From positions 1-32,940 of the forward strand of contig LWCA01000303.1 of the NCBI GenBank assembly GCA_001642005.1: 32,940 bases of DNA, given 5' to 3'. Under the pieces are notes generated by a model that was not told the DNA's origin, did not search any database, and was given only the letters and a program-made list of their open reading frames with translations. The DNA comes from Intoshia linei. Lineage: Eukaryota > Animalia > Orthonectida. This document shows positions 10,901 to 22,548 of the stretch, one piece after another. Position 1 is the stretch's first letter; each line of letters starts with the position of its first letter. Position numbers and translations under genes: made by a program.

Positions 10901-13900
10901 TATACTTAAGAAATTTTTCAACATTACCTATTAATAAATTTAAAAAGGGCTTGTATTTATACGTCAGTATTTAAATAGTTTGTCAGTAAAAATATTAAAT
11001 TTTCAGTATAAATAATTTATTGTCAGTATTTAATTTAGAAACTTAGTAAAACTGAAAATTTTTTATTAAAATACTGACAGTTTCGGTAATTAAATACTGA
11101 CAAAGAAAATACTTTCCTTTAAAAAGTAGGTGCTCATGACTGTAGGTCGGGTTATATGACAATTAATCATCTAGCCCCTCTCCACGGCTCTGAGTGTAAA
11201 TAAATTTATATTCTTGTATGTATTTTACTTTTTTTGTTGTATTTTTTATTCATCCATAAATCTAAACTTTGAATATAGTCCTTCATTCTATTTTTAGTTG
11301 AGCCAAATTTTTTAATCATTTGTTTTAGGTTATTGGATATTTCCAAATTCTAATTATTCTATAAATTTGAATATTCATCAAATCAAATACCTCTTTTTGT
11401 AAATTACTATTCTTTTGTTTCAAATCAATATTTTCATCTGTCAAATTCTTATTGTGATTTTCAAAATTTGCCAATTGACTTTTGTAGAAATGTTTATTAT
11501 CTGTCAATAATTTACTGTTCTAAATGTAATTATTTATATGTTCATGTATTAGGATTATAACCCTGCAACGGGTACGCAGGACAAATTTTATTGAAGATTT
11601 TAACGGTCTAAAACGGGTCGGCAACCTTTTGAATCTCAAGGGCCAATTTTTTATACCAAAAAATTATACGGCCCCGTTTTTGGATACATTTCAATTTTAA
11701 CTGAAGTGAAAACTGTTCTAATATGTTCAACAAAATAAAATCCAGTGCGTCTGAAAATTCAGTATTAAAATAATTATAATGAGCCAATTATAGTTGAAAA
11801 TATTTAAAATAAATAATTGATATATTTACGCAAAAGTTCACCAAAATTATTCTGTAGGTGACTGGTTGCCGACCACTGGTCTATATAATATTGGTAAATG
11901 GGAATTTTCAAAAAAATATTGGAAAACGAGGATATTTCTTTTTAGCGTTAGTATAATTAGATTTTTATTTGTGGTTTGATTAAGTTAATTTTTCTTAAAA
12001 GGTTTGGTAAAATTGGATTTTTTAAAAAAATGTGGGTAAAAGTCAATTTTTTATTCAATTTTATAAATGGTGGGATAAAAGTGGGATTTTTAAAATATAA
12101 TAATGTAGTGGATTTAGGCTTTGGAATAAATTATCAACATCTGGCAACTGTAATAAATATTAAAAATTCTCGTTAAAAAATAATCAAAACTTGATAAAAA
12201 TTTTTTTATAATTTATTTGAATCTCAGGGACTCAAGGGGTCCATGAACCCCAATCAGGAACCACTGATTTAAATATATAAAACAAGCAAAGTTGTGAATA
12301 ATTTTCTAGTTTAGTTAAATTTAAAATTTCTAATATTCCTTTTAAATTTTTGATACAATAAATCTTAGTTTCCTAGTTCATAAATGATATTATGCATCTA
12401 ATCGGAAATAATTATACTTGATTTCATTTATATCATTACTAATGATTCATTAGTAATAATAATGATTCATCCTTAAAATTTACTAAAATACATCAAGTTT
12501 AATATTACATTATTAAGCTTTTCTATCATTTTACTCAATCTTTTGATTATTGAATTGTATTCAACTGTGGTATTATCGGTATTGCTCGATTTCTAATTAT
12601 AAACAATATGAAATTATGCATCGATTATGAATTTATTAAAATTAATCACCCCACAAGAATTTTCACTAGAGTATTTTGAATTTGCTGACACAACAAAATC
12701 TTTCCACTAGAATAAAATGAAACATAACTTTTAAATTTAAAACCTGATTTTCTAAATGTTTAATTTGATTTTGTAAAAATGTCACCGATTCATCTGAAAA
12801 TTTAGATTTAACTATATTAAATTCAGTTGATTGATTTTTATTTATAAATGTTTCAAATTGTTCATTTCTTTTCTCCAACATCCTTTTGAACATTTTCGCG
12901 TCTTCCTCCATCTATAAAGGGATACTTTTTTGAAAATCCTTTTTTTATTATATTATACACGTATTGAAGTATTTTCCAAAGCATTTATGACATCATTTTT
13001 TTGATTTAGTTTTGCTTTATATTCAAACAACAATTTATCATTATCAGCAATTTTATTTCTACATTCCATTAAAAATCCTTTTAGCTTTTCATTTTCTGTA
13101 ATCATTTTTCTGGAATTGATTGTATTAATATATTATCATTTATAATATAATTATATCTACAAACCTAGTTTCTTCATTAATATTTGTTTTTGGTTTATCC
13201 TACATTATATTTTTAGCAAATTATTTGATAAATCATTACGCATGAACATTGTTTATCCATTTTTTTTTCTTTCAGTTTTATCCACTCATTTTTTAAATTT
13301 TGATACTGTCTCTATAATTAAGAATTGATTATAATAATGTAATAATTTTTATACCGAGATTACGTTTTTTTGTATTTTTACATCATTCTTTTCTGAAATT
13401 AGTTGCATTATAATGCTGTACAATTTTTTAAGCAAATTTTGGTAAAATTCTAAAATATTCATTTATTAAATAATATAAATATTCATAATGTTGAATGTGA
13501 GCCATTTCAGTGAAAATTGTTTGTTTGATAATTATTACTTTGTCAAATTTTATGAATCAATTCAATTTGTCAATTCTTGTTACTGGCACAAGATTTCAGC
13601 ATATTCATTTAAACAAAAATAATGACCGCATCACAAAAAATGAAAAGAATATAGCAGAGTGGTCCAAGTCATTGGGAGTGATTTTAAAAATAATTATTCA
13701 AACTCAGAATTTCAAAATTCAAGGTCAACGGACCAGTACTGTTTCGTGAAAATTTTTTAGTTTATTTTTTACGTCAATTTATTACGTTTTTATCACATTT
13801 TTTATAATTTTGACTAGTAATTTCGATTTAATGGTCTACGATAGATTTTATTATATTTTATTAAAAGTGTGAGAAACCCTGATTTAATCCATTTTACAAA

Positions 13901-16900
13901 TTTATAATTTTTAAATGTTCACGAAGAAAAAATTTTGATGATCCCTGATGTATAAAGTAAACCAATTACAGACTGATTCTTAATTAACGGAATACCTTTA
14001 TAACGGAAAATTGTGAATAACGGACTGTGAATTTTTCTAAAGTACTAAAATTCTGTTAATTTTTAACTTAAAATGACTAACATCATAATTATAACAAATC
14101 TTTTTCAGGTTTAAATTAAAAGCGTTAGAAACGTAAAACATTTTTTTTCTTCTTAATCATGGTTAATGATGATGATAATGGTTGATTATTAATTATATGA
14201 AATGTAATGACGTGCAAACATAGGTTAAGTGGAATAAAAATCAAAAATTTTTCATTTTTCATTGTTTTAATGCAGTGGTTCCCAGTTTAAATAATGTACA
14301 GACCCCCATTTCAAAATATTTATTTTTTTACTTCTAGGCAAACATGAAATATAAAATATTGATGAAAAAATTAAAGGTTTTTAATCATATGATTTAGTAA
14401 AATCGTGTTTTTCAAAAAAATATTGGTAAAAGTGAATTTTTTATTTTGGGTTTTGGATTAGGAAGTTGTTGCTCATAAGATTTAGTAAAATTGAATTTTT
14501 CAGAATAATATTGGAAGTAGAGAACATTTCCCTCAAGTTTTTTAATATTGGAGTTTTATTTTAGGGTTGTAATAAGAGGTTTAGTAAAATCGTGCTTTTC
14601 ATAAAAAATTTGGAAATATGGCATTTTTCCCTTAAGGGTTGATAAAATTATTTGTATTATTTTTGATGTTTGATTAAGTGGATTTTATAAAAAAATATTG
14701 GTAAAAGTCAATTTTTCATATGTTTTTTAATTTAATTTTAATTTTAATTAACACAATTTTTTTAATAGTGGGATTAATAGTGGTATTTTTGAAATAATTA
14801 TGTAGCTGTCGTTTAAGCTTTAGAACAAGGGTACACAATTTTTCCACCAATTCAGCCACAATGCTACTTTTCTCATTGATACTACGGTCGTATAAAATTT
14901 ACTTGGAAATTGAGAAAGTTTACTCTGGACCTAAATTTTAGGTCTAATAAAATAGTTTTCTTTAAATTTTAATATCAGCAAGTTTTAATTAATACTTTTC
15001 AATTAAAATTAATCCTTAATTCATTCATATATTTATATTAACACCATATTTGTCATTTATCTGAATTGGAATAAATAGCAATACTAGGATTAATGCAGTG
15101 CTTCTCATGAGAATGACTGGTCACCCCAAGGGGTGAATACAAAAATTTAGATGATTGTAGGCAAATATACAATTTTCAACATATTTCATTAAATCATCCA
15201 ATTTAATATAATCTTATGAGAAAAAACCAATATTTTACCAACCCTTAAGGAACAAATCCCTTTTTTACCAATATTTTTTTAAAAATCCATTTTTAAAGTT
15301 TTAGAATAAAAACTACCCTATATTATTCCAAAAGAAAAAACCAAATTTTACCAACCCTTAAGAAAAAAAATCGCTTTTACCAATATTTTTATGAAAAATC
15401 CCATTTTACCAAATTTTTAGATCAATCATTCTTCTGACTGATTCTATAAGAAAAAACCTGATTTAAAAAAAATTTGAAAAATTTCCTTTTACTACCATTT
15501 TTTTGAAAAAACATTAATCATTAATTTTTCGATAAATATATAATAATTGGACAACAAAAAAAAGTTCCATTAAAAACCAATTTGTTGATACATTAGAGTG
15601 GAAGACACAAAAAAAATATGTAAATATTAATAATGACATAAAAAAAGATATCAAAGACTGCCTTGATTTTGTGTGCCCTTCGCTAACATTTGAGAAACTG
15701 GAGAAAAGTCAAGAATGTAACTTTTTGATTAAAATATTTTAAATAAACCTTGAATAAAATCTCATTTTAACTTTTCAATTTGAAGTAAAATGATATATTG
15801 CATTATGGTCAAATTTATTGCCCACGGCTGCACGTTGTGCACCCCTGCTTTAGAATAATCAACATCTAGAAACTCTTTAATAACTTTTATTATTATTATT
15901 ATTTAATTTATTATTAACAGTGTGCGACAGCTACATCTACTGTATTATGGTCGGAAAAATATTTGTACTTTATAAATAATTTTTTTTATTAATATTTGTA
16001 AATAAATAACAAATTCTCCTATAAAAATAAACAAAAGTTGATTTAAATTTTTCTATATAATATTTGAATCTCACGGTCCCTAAGCATATAATTTTGCACC
16101 CAAATCGGGAACCACTGTTTTAATGTATATATTATTTATAAAAAATTGCAAAAAAACGGAATGAGATTTTTTTCAGGACCAATTATTTCGTTTACGAGGA
16201 ATTAGCCTTTATTAAAATTTTTCGAGTTATTTCATCATCGACCATCAAAAGGGGTGGTCTTACCAATAATTTTCTCACTGATAATTTGCAAGAAAATCTA
16301 ACTTGTAAATTGACTTGTAACTCGGAGGTATAAATTTATACTTTAAGTTTTTAACAATTTTTTAACTACAATTAAATGTACTCTTTCAAAAAATGTTTTG
16401 TTTAGACAATTCTAAAATTTGTGGCTCCATAATAGATAAACGCGATTGCAGTTATATATTTTCTATAATATACAATGTATATTATACATGTAAAGGCTAC
16501 ATGACAGAGTTATACAACATAAAACAAAAACTTTACTATGTTAAAATCCCAAAATATATATTTTTAATATATAATTTAACACCTTATTAAAAATGAACAA
16601 TTCTATGTATTTAAATTAAATGTTAATAGATGCTTCGAAATCCTTAATTTAGGTTGATAATTGTTTACTATGTAAGGCTTACATCAATCAATACTTTTTA
16701 TTTAATTTATTAGCTTTGCTCAAGTAAAATTAAATTAATTTAAAATGTTCCCTACAATTATAATGGAACATTCAAAAAGATTTTAAAGTAAAATATATTT
16801 TGAGAACAAACAAATGTATTGCACATTGATGTCAAATTCAAAATGGAAATTTTAAATTACTGTTATCAAAATGATCATCTTGATAATCTAATGAAAATCC

Positions 16901-17048
16901 TTCCTTTTTTAATCTATTGATAGTGTCAACGGCTTTCTCTAGATAAAAATTATTAAAAACATAAATTAAAAAAAATTTTCACATAAACTATATAAACTAC
17001 ACCATGAATATCCTGTATATTTTTAATTTGCGATTTTTCATCTTCCAT
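7926..17048 (-). CDS. multi-exon coiled-coil protein of unknown function (some junctions and the 3' end uncertain)
   Basis: In-frame GT-AG exons include MEDEKSQIKNIQDIH (from 17048), EKAVDTINRLKKEGF, FYQNLLKKLYSIIMQLISEK, RQYQNLKNEWIKLKE, ENEKLKGFLMECRNKIADNDK, MEEDAKMFKRMLEKRNEQF (ORF 12666-12911), KSQLANFENHNKNLTDENIDLKQKNSNLQKE (ORF 11325-11507), IDKRDKLIYTYK and LKTQCDDQIKFCRIIHREKTDIMQKLE. The peptide is heptad-rich. Confidence 0.55.
9140..9860 (-). mobile_element. Helitron-like non-autonomous repeat, longest copy
   Basis: The 5' end on the - strand reads A|TCCTAACTTATATAAAAGGCTACGCGATTTTTGTTTGTCTGTCTGTCTG (5'-TC start, (CTGT)n tract). No TIR or TSD. Closely similar to 27055-27622. Confidence 0.7.
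10023..10468. mobile_element. hAT (Charlie/Buster-type) MITE with perfect TSD GTCTAAAT; contains a fragment of a second MITE
   Basis: Ends CAGAGGT...ACCTCTG. TSD at 10015-10022 and 10469-10476. Same family as 26767-27707 (shared gccttgtgaacaa..aattatttttcatt). Confidence 0.88.
11614..11878. mobile_element. hAT MITE (MER-like GGTCGGCAACC ends)
   Basis: Ends cgggtcggcaacc...ggttgccgaccactg. Flanks gtctaaaa / gtctatat match 6/8 as a TSD. Confidence 0.75.
11890..12267. mobile_element. 5'-truncated copy of the CAGTGGTTCCC hAT MITE family
   Basis: Right end ttgaatctcagggac...ggaaccactg matches 16065-16117. The interior matches 14400-14830. Confidence 0.65.
14826..15847. mobile_element. nested hAT MITE with perfect TSD CTTTAGAA
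   Basis: Ends CAAGGGTACACAA...TTGTGCACCCCTG. TSD at 14818-14825 and 15848-15855. Inverted relative of 31383-31599. Confidence 0.9.
15096..15700. mobile_element. innermost nested hAT-like MITE (CAGTGCTTCTCA...TTTGAGAAACTG), TSD not conserved
   Basis: The left arm is the reverse complement of 10290-10370. The right end is degenerate. Confidence 0.55.
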
Positions 17049-17699
17049 TTCAATTATGATTCATGTATCCATATAAAAAAAACACAAAGTGTTGTCAACA
17101 TTTGAATTTAGTAGCTTTAGTTTAGTTTAGTTTCTCATATACATATGTAAATAACGTAAATAATTACATGTACAAATGTATAGTTTTCAAATTCTGACTA
17201 TTGTTATTTTTTATTATTAATTTTTACATTTGTTAATTGATTCATTAATATAATTATATTAATTATAATATAAAGTATTTTACTATTGTAATAAATTATG
17301 ATTTAAAGTAAAATTAATAATTAATAAATTATACAAGGTCAAATAAATTTAAATAAAAAATGGAACAAAGATTTTAATGTAATTAAAATGTGTACAACTT
17401 GAACTAGAATTTTTGGAATAAAATAAAATATCAATAAATGAAATAATTAATATTTAAATTGTATATTAAAATTATGACGATTGATAATTCGGAAACAAAT
17501 GCCAAAAATTAATTAATTATGAATTTTTATGTCAAAAAACTTTTATAATGAAGCCAAGAAAATATGTACATTTCCTGTTATTTTAAATTTGAATTACTCA
17601 TCAAATTGTAAAATTATTGCAGCACAATAATCTATGAATAAGTACATGTTCTTATTTATTTAAATTTTTTCATTTTCCAAAACTTTTTATATATTCCAT

Positions 17700-20600
17700 A
17701 TGGCAAATGTTATTTTTACTAAGACAATTGAAAAAAATTTCATTTTCCTTTCAATTATGATTACAACCATATCTATTGTGCTTGGTTTTATTTCTATATA
17801 CACACCTTCTTGGTCCGTAATACACTGTTCAAATGATTCAAAGTATAGTATCGGATTGAAAGGTATTCGGATGATTAAACCCTTTATTGATCGGTACAAA
17901 TATGCAAACATTGATCAAGATACCTCTAATATTTTCAATATACCTTTTAACAATTATCAAGCTCTTATTAGTTCAAATTATTCCATTACAAAATATAATA
18001 CAAAGCTTGAATTTGAACAAAATATCAAAAAACATTATTTTATGCTTTTTTTAGAACAGCCACGTATTTATTTTTTTTATTCTATGTTTATAAATGATTC
18101 ATGTTACATGTTATATGAGGATAATTTAATTTATATTTAGTACAGAAATATATAGGAAGTTCCTATTAGGAACTAGGTTAACTGTTATGTACTACGTACA
18201 AACAGCAGTGTGTGTTAACGGGAAACAACTGTACCACTTGTAAATTTTTTAAATTCTAAGGCTGTTTTCATTAAAAAAAAAAGGGTAATTTGGGGTTTTG
18301 ACCCTGAAGATATATTTATTTTTAAATTTAAATTTTATGATCAAATTATGATTTTAAAATCCGTATCAGAATATATATTTTATTAAATTCTCGTATTCGT
18401 TTAATTTTCAAAAAAAGGACAATTGGACTTTTTGACCCGTAAGATGTGAGTTTGGGAGGTTGAAATTTATCTTACTAACACCCGCATAAAAACTGTATTT
18501 GAAATGTGGATTTAAAAAATTCTATGATTAGTAGTTATTCAAATAAACGGTAACACGCGCAAAGAAATATTGCATGGCATATTATAACCTTACTTATATA
18601 ATATGCTACGCGATTTTTGTTTCTGTATGTGTGTGTTCCACTTTATTAAATCTTAAAATCACATTAAATTTTTTAGAAAATTTTTATAATTTTATTATCA
18701 TCATGATTATAATCATTGATCATTATCATAAATCGCAACGTTAAAAACTATCATTTTGAAGATTTAAACCTTAGATTACCATTTTTTTTAAAAAAGTGCT
18801 AGGATTTAAAAATATCCATGAATAAGATAATTTTTCAACCAAAATTTGGTAGGGTTTTTAGAAAACATTTTTTTCACCCAATTTTTAAAGATTTTATAGA
18901 AACTATAAAATGTTAAAAATAAACCTTATCAATCCTACCAAATCTTGGGACCAAAATTATCTTTAAAATCTAAAAATTGGGTGAAAAAATTTTTCCCACA
19001 AATTCACAAAAATTTTGTAAAAAAATAAATACTATGATTAATTCGCAAAATATATGATTATGTCGCTCTAAAGATTATACGATTAGTTTTAATGGTCGAT
19101 AAAAATTATTAAGAAATTAAATATATTTTAATGACATTTTTGACATGTTTTTCTCAAAGAAAGAGCTTAATCAATTGTAACTGATTTTCTAAATGCATGT
19201 TAGAGATTTAAGATAGTAGATTCGACTTTATAAACATTATAATAAAGTGACAGTATTTGAAATTTCTATTGACTAAATTGATAGTTGAAATTCTAAAATT
19301 GAAAATATAAATTAATTCAAAAATAATGAATATGACGTATTTTTATGTGAAGGCGGCACCACATCTTAAATAAGACCGCACGTTCCCCACCCCGTGTCTA
19401 CGTATTCTCGGTTAAAAACGACTTTTCTGACAATTAACTGATTCTGGAAACCAATATTTATCAAATTTATGACTTAAAATTAAATTAAAAAGTGGGGGAA
19501 AAATTTCTCTCTACATTTATAAATTCTATCCATATAAAATTACAGTTTGGAACACATTTTAAAGGTTAAACGATGAAATCTATAAATTACGTCACTTTAA
19601 TACTAAACTTTGGTTAAATATTAACTTTTATGGTATATTAAAATATTAAAATTTATTAATATTATTTATAATAAAAATTTAGAATGGATAACTAGCGTTA
19701 TATTCACAAGAACTTGTTCAATTATTAACGAATGCTTTATTTTGTTTTTTATCCCATTTATTACATTTTTACCAAGTTTAAGAACTAAAGAAACTGCTAT
19801 TGGATTATCGACAGCATCATTTATTTCAGGTAATAAATACATGCATATTGTAATAGTAGTATAGTCAACCCGGGTAACCGGTAATTGACTTTTTTGATAA
19901 AAGTTAACAGACTTTAATAGCAGTAACTGTTATCAAACTAATTACATAATATTTTTATGAACCCATTTTTCTAAATTTAGTTTTTTAATATTCCCTGCGA
20001 ACTCAATTTTATCATCAATAAAACTTTTTTAAATTTTAACGGACCTCAATATTTTCTCCGTTGCATGAATTTTAATTTTTGAAAAAACTAGTTCTTCGAC
20101 TTTTGGTTAATTTGACTACAGTACAACTATTACATATCCTTACTTATATAAAATGCTTTGTTTGTCTGTGTGTTATCGTTTATATCAATAACTACTAATC
20201 TTAGAATTTTATAAATTCCACATTTTTATTAAAGTTTTTTCCGGGTGAAAGTAAGATAAATTAATCTTAGAAAATCACAATTACGGCTCAAAAGGCCCAA
20301 TTACATTTTTTTGAAAATCAAACGAGTTCGAGAATTTGAAAAAATATACTCTGATACAAATTTTAAAATCATAAATATTATCATAAATTTATATTTAAAA
20401 AAAATATACATCTTCAAGGCCAATACCCCAAATTAAATTAAGTATAGGATTACACTGTGTTTACATTTGTAGTACATTTTTTTCAATTCTAATTTCTCTT
20501 AATTTTTTTTAATAACAAAAATAATTACAATGCAATTATAATAATTAAAATTAGCAATATTTTCTGGAATTACTTTATTTAAATACAAAGCATCCTATAA

Positions 20601-21195
20601 ATCATCAAATTTGGCTTATTCGTTATGTCAAACAAACACAACAATGATATACGACAAAAACCTAAACATATCAATTTTGGAATTTGATTACACCCACCAT
20701 AACGTAATTTTATGGTTTTTTACAAATTTTGGACGATTTAACTCGGAATACATTTTTGACCATGAAAAAAGTCTCAATCAAAGTGAATCACACGTCAACA
20801 CGCTGAATATTATTACAAACAATTATTTTATCCAAAAAAATTATTTCAATTTAAACTCAAACAGTTTTGTAAAAACATCAAATTTAACATTTAAAGATTT
20901 TTATAATATCATTGAAAAATTTGTTCAAGATTATTGTTTTGAAACAAATAATAAAATTAAATTGAATCATGAAAAAATGGAAAAAGTTAGAAATTTACAT
21001 TATTTATCCAATTCATATAATTTCTGTTTTGCAGAAATAATTTTAAATATTATTGTTGCAATGATATTAATGTCTCTGCCTGCTTTATCGAATTCAATAG
21101 TTAAAAAATTAGATTTATCTATGCAAATTAATTTAAAGCTTAAAAGCAATACTGCTAAAAAGGGAAACAAAAACATGTTTAATATGATATTTTAA
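17700..21195 (+). CDS. claudin/PMP-22/EMP superfamily tetraspan membrane protein (~383 aa)
   Basis: Exons 17700-18063, 19683-19829 and 20555-21195 join in frame. Features: TM1 FIFLSIMITTISIVLGFISIY, then TPSW-x13-GLK (variant of W-GLW), PQWITSV before TM2, TM3 AIGLSTASFISAIFSGITLF, and YLSNSY before TM4 FCFAEIILNIIVAMILMSL. Confidence 0.75.
18207..18790. mobile_element. two Helitron-like copies joined head-to-head (18207-18587 on -, 18588-~18790 on +)
   Basis: A - strand family body is immediately followed by the + strand 5' end ccttacttatataatatgctacgcgatttttg. Confidence 0.65.
18810..19080. mobile_element. partial copy of the 'CATTC..GAGCGACATAATCATA' TIR MITE, with an empty hAT target site
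   Basis: Ends tatgattatgtcgctctaaag (site at 19066-19073). The interior resembles 31070-31330. Confidence 0.6.
19859..20123. mobile_element. degenerate TA-flanked Tc1/pogo-like MITE
   Basis: Imperfect inverted ends tatagtcaacccgggtaaccgg ... ggttaatttgactaca. Confidence 0.35.
20137..20435 (+). mobile_element. Helitron-like repeat copy
   Basis: 5' end A|TCCTTACTTATATAAAATGCTTTGTTTGTCTGTG followed by the family body. Confidence 0.65.
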
Positions 21196-22501
21196 TGATC
21201 AAGTTTAAAATAAAATTATTTTATATACTTATCTTTACTGTCTTGTCTCGGTAAAATATTTTTTTATACTGTGTACAATAGGGTGTTAACTAGTGTGTTC
21301 AACTTAGTTTTTTTACTCAGTACAGTACAACTCAGTACTTTTTAAATTTTCAAAACTCAGTAAGTACTTAAGTACTTTAAAAAAACTCAGTGTATCAAAT
21401 GTATGTAATGTGTATGTAAAATGTATGTTCAAATGGAATGTAATTATGTCGGAAAATATTTACAAATACAAATACAGAAATTCAACGTAATTAAAAAAAT
21501 TAGAATTAAAATCTAAGTAAAATAATTAAGTTTATTAAAAAGTACTTGATATAAAGTACTCAATACAAATTTTATAAAACTCAGTAAAAGTACTTAGTAT
21601 TTAAAGTAATTTTTAAAAACTAAGTAAAAGTACAAAAAAGTACTTTTAAAAAAGTTAAACACACTAATGTTAACTTTTTGATCGAATTTTAGAAATTAAA
21701 AAATGCAGGGCCGTACGGTATGAGAAATGCAATAAAAATAACATCTGCGGTGTTTGTTTTTAATATTATTACAAAAACATCGGCCTGCTCTGCAATTTAA
21801 AAATACCCATAATATTTTGAACTGAAAGCACAAGTGTAACTAGGTTGTAAATTGGTTTTAAATTGTCATTCCAAAATTTCGCAATGCAGACATTATAATC
21901 TTACAGTAACAAATGTTGTATTATGTAGTCGGTGTCAAGTTGGACATACTTTGAAGGAAGATAACACTACCTGCATAAGTAAAAAATATGATTAATCCAA
22001 TTTACATAAAATTGTAGAATGTGGAGTTGGAATAAAAACTTGTATTGATCAACCACAAAAGTGCAATAATTGCACTGATAAACACTTTCCTAGTGTGGGT
22101 AACTTGACATGTGGGATAAAGTCCTGTTATGTATGCGACAGTGCTAAAGGAGAAAATTGTACTACGGGAAATATAAATTTAAATTTGGCAGGCTGTGTTG
22201 GAGATTGTATGATTGAGTTTAAATTTTAATTATATTTAGACCTTATCGGATGAAACCAATAAAACAGTCAAAAGAATGTGTTCCCCGGTTTTTTGTAATA
22301 TATCCAATATAAACACAAAATTTTGTAAGGGTGTTAGTTCAACATATATAGGTAAATCAATAATTCAATCATAATGTATACTAGTGTTGCGAAAGTTGTT
22401 GTTCAACGGATAAATGCAACATCGGAGACATTTCAGTAAGTTTTCAAATTAAGGCTACTGTTGCAGCAATTTTGTCTGTACTTTCTTTGATGTTCATGTA
22501 G
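21195..22501 (+). pseudogene. Cys-rich (CxxC furin/VSP-like repeats) + Ly6/uPAR three-finger domain GPI-anchored surface protein; probably decaying
   Basis: Signal-like MIKFKIKLFYILIFTVLS, repeats LCSRCQVGHTLKEDNTTCIKC / KCNNCTDKHFPSVGNLTC, Ly6 CYVC..C..C..KRMC..CCSTDKCN, and hydrophobic tail ATVAAILSVLSLMFM*. The canonical reading has a MITE insertion, an in-frame TAA and apparent frameshifts. An alternative all-GT-AG 206-aa model also exists. Confidence 0.6.
21291..21666. mobile_element. hAT MITE with TAG termini and AGTACT/ACTCAGTA repeats
   Basis: TIR TAGTGTGTT(C/T)AACTT matches 14/15. TSD gtgttaac (21283-21290) / atgttaac (21667-21674) matches 7/8. Confidence 0.88.
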
Positions 22502-22548
22502 CAAGTTCATATAATAAATTTATTTACATTATTATTTAAAAAATTATA

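Larger units (their letters stand above)
14273..16117. mobile_element. hAT MITE with perfect TSD TTTTAATG, expanded by nested insertions
   Basis: TIR CAGTGGTTCCC / GGGAACCACTG matches 11/11. TSD at 14265-14272 and 16118-16125. Confidence 0.9.
13968..16211. mobile_element. old pogo/Tc1-like MITE hosting nested hAT insertions
   Basis: Left end TACAGACTGATTCTTAATTAACGGAA with repeated TAACGGA. Degenerate inverted right end tttcgtttacgaggaattagcctttta (about 18/26 match). Confidence 0.45.

Noticed and set aside
12435-12457. Perfect 11-bp-arm palindrome attactaatga-t-tcattagtaat
   Set aside because: It is AT-rich, single-copy and next to a local duplication, with no supporting functional context.
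17687-17911. 74-aa antisense ORF
   Set aside because: It is a shadow of claudin-like exon 1.
21300-21660. AGTACT repeat array as a CRISPR-like or satellite locus
   Set aside because: There is no constant repeat-spacer period. The array is enclosed by TIRs and an 8-bp TSD, so these are hAT subterminal repeats.
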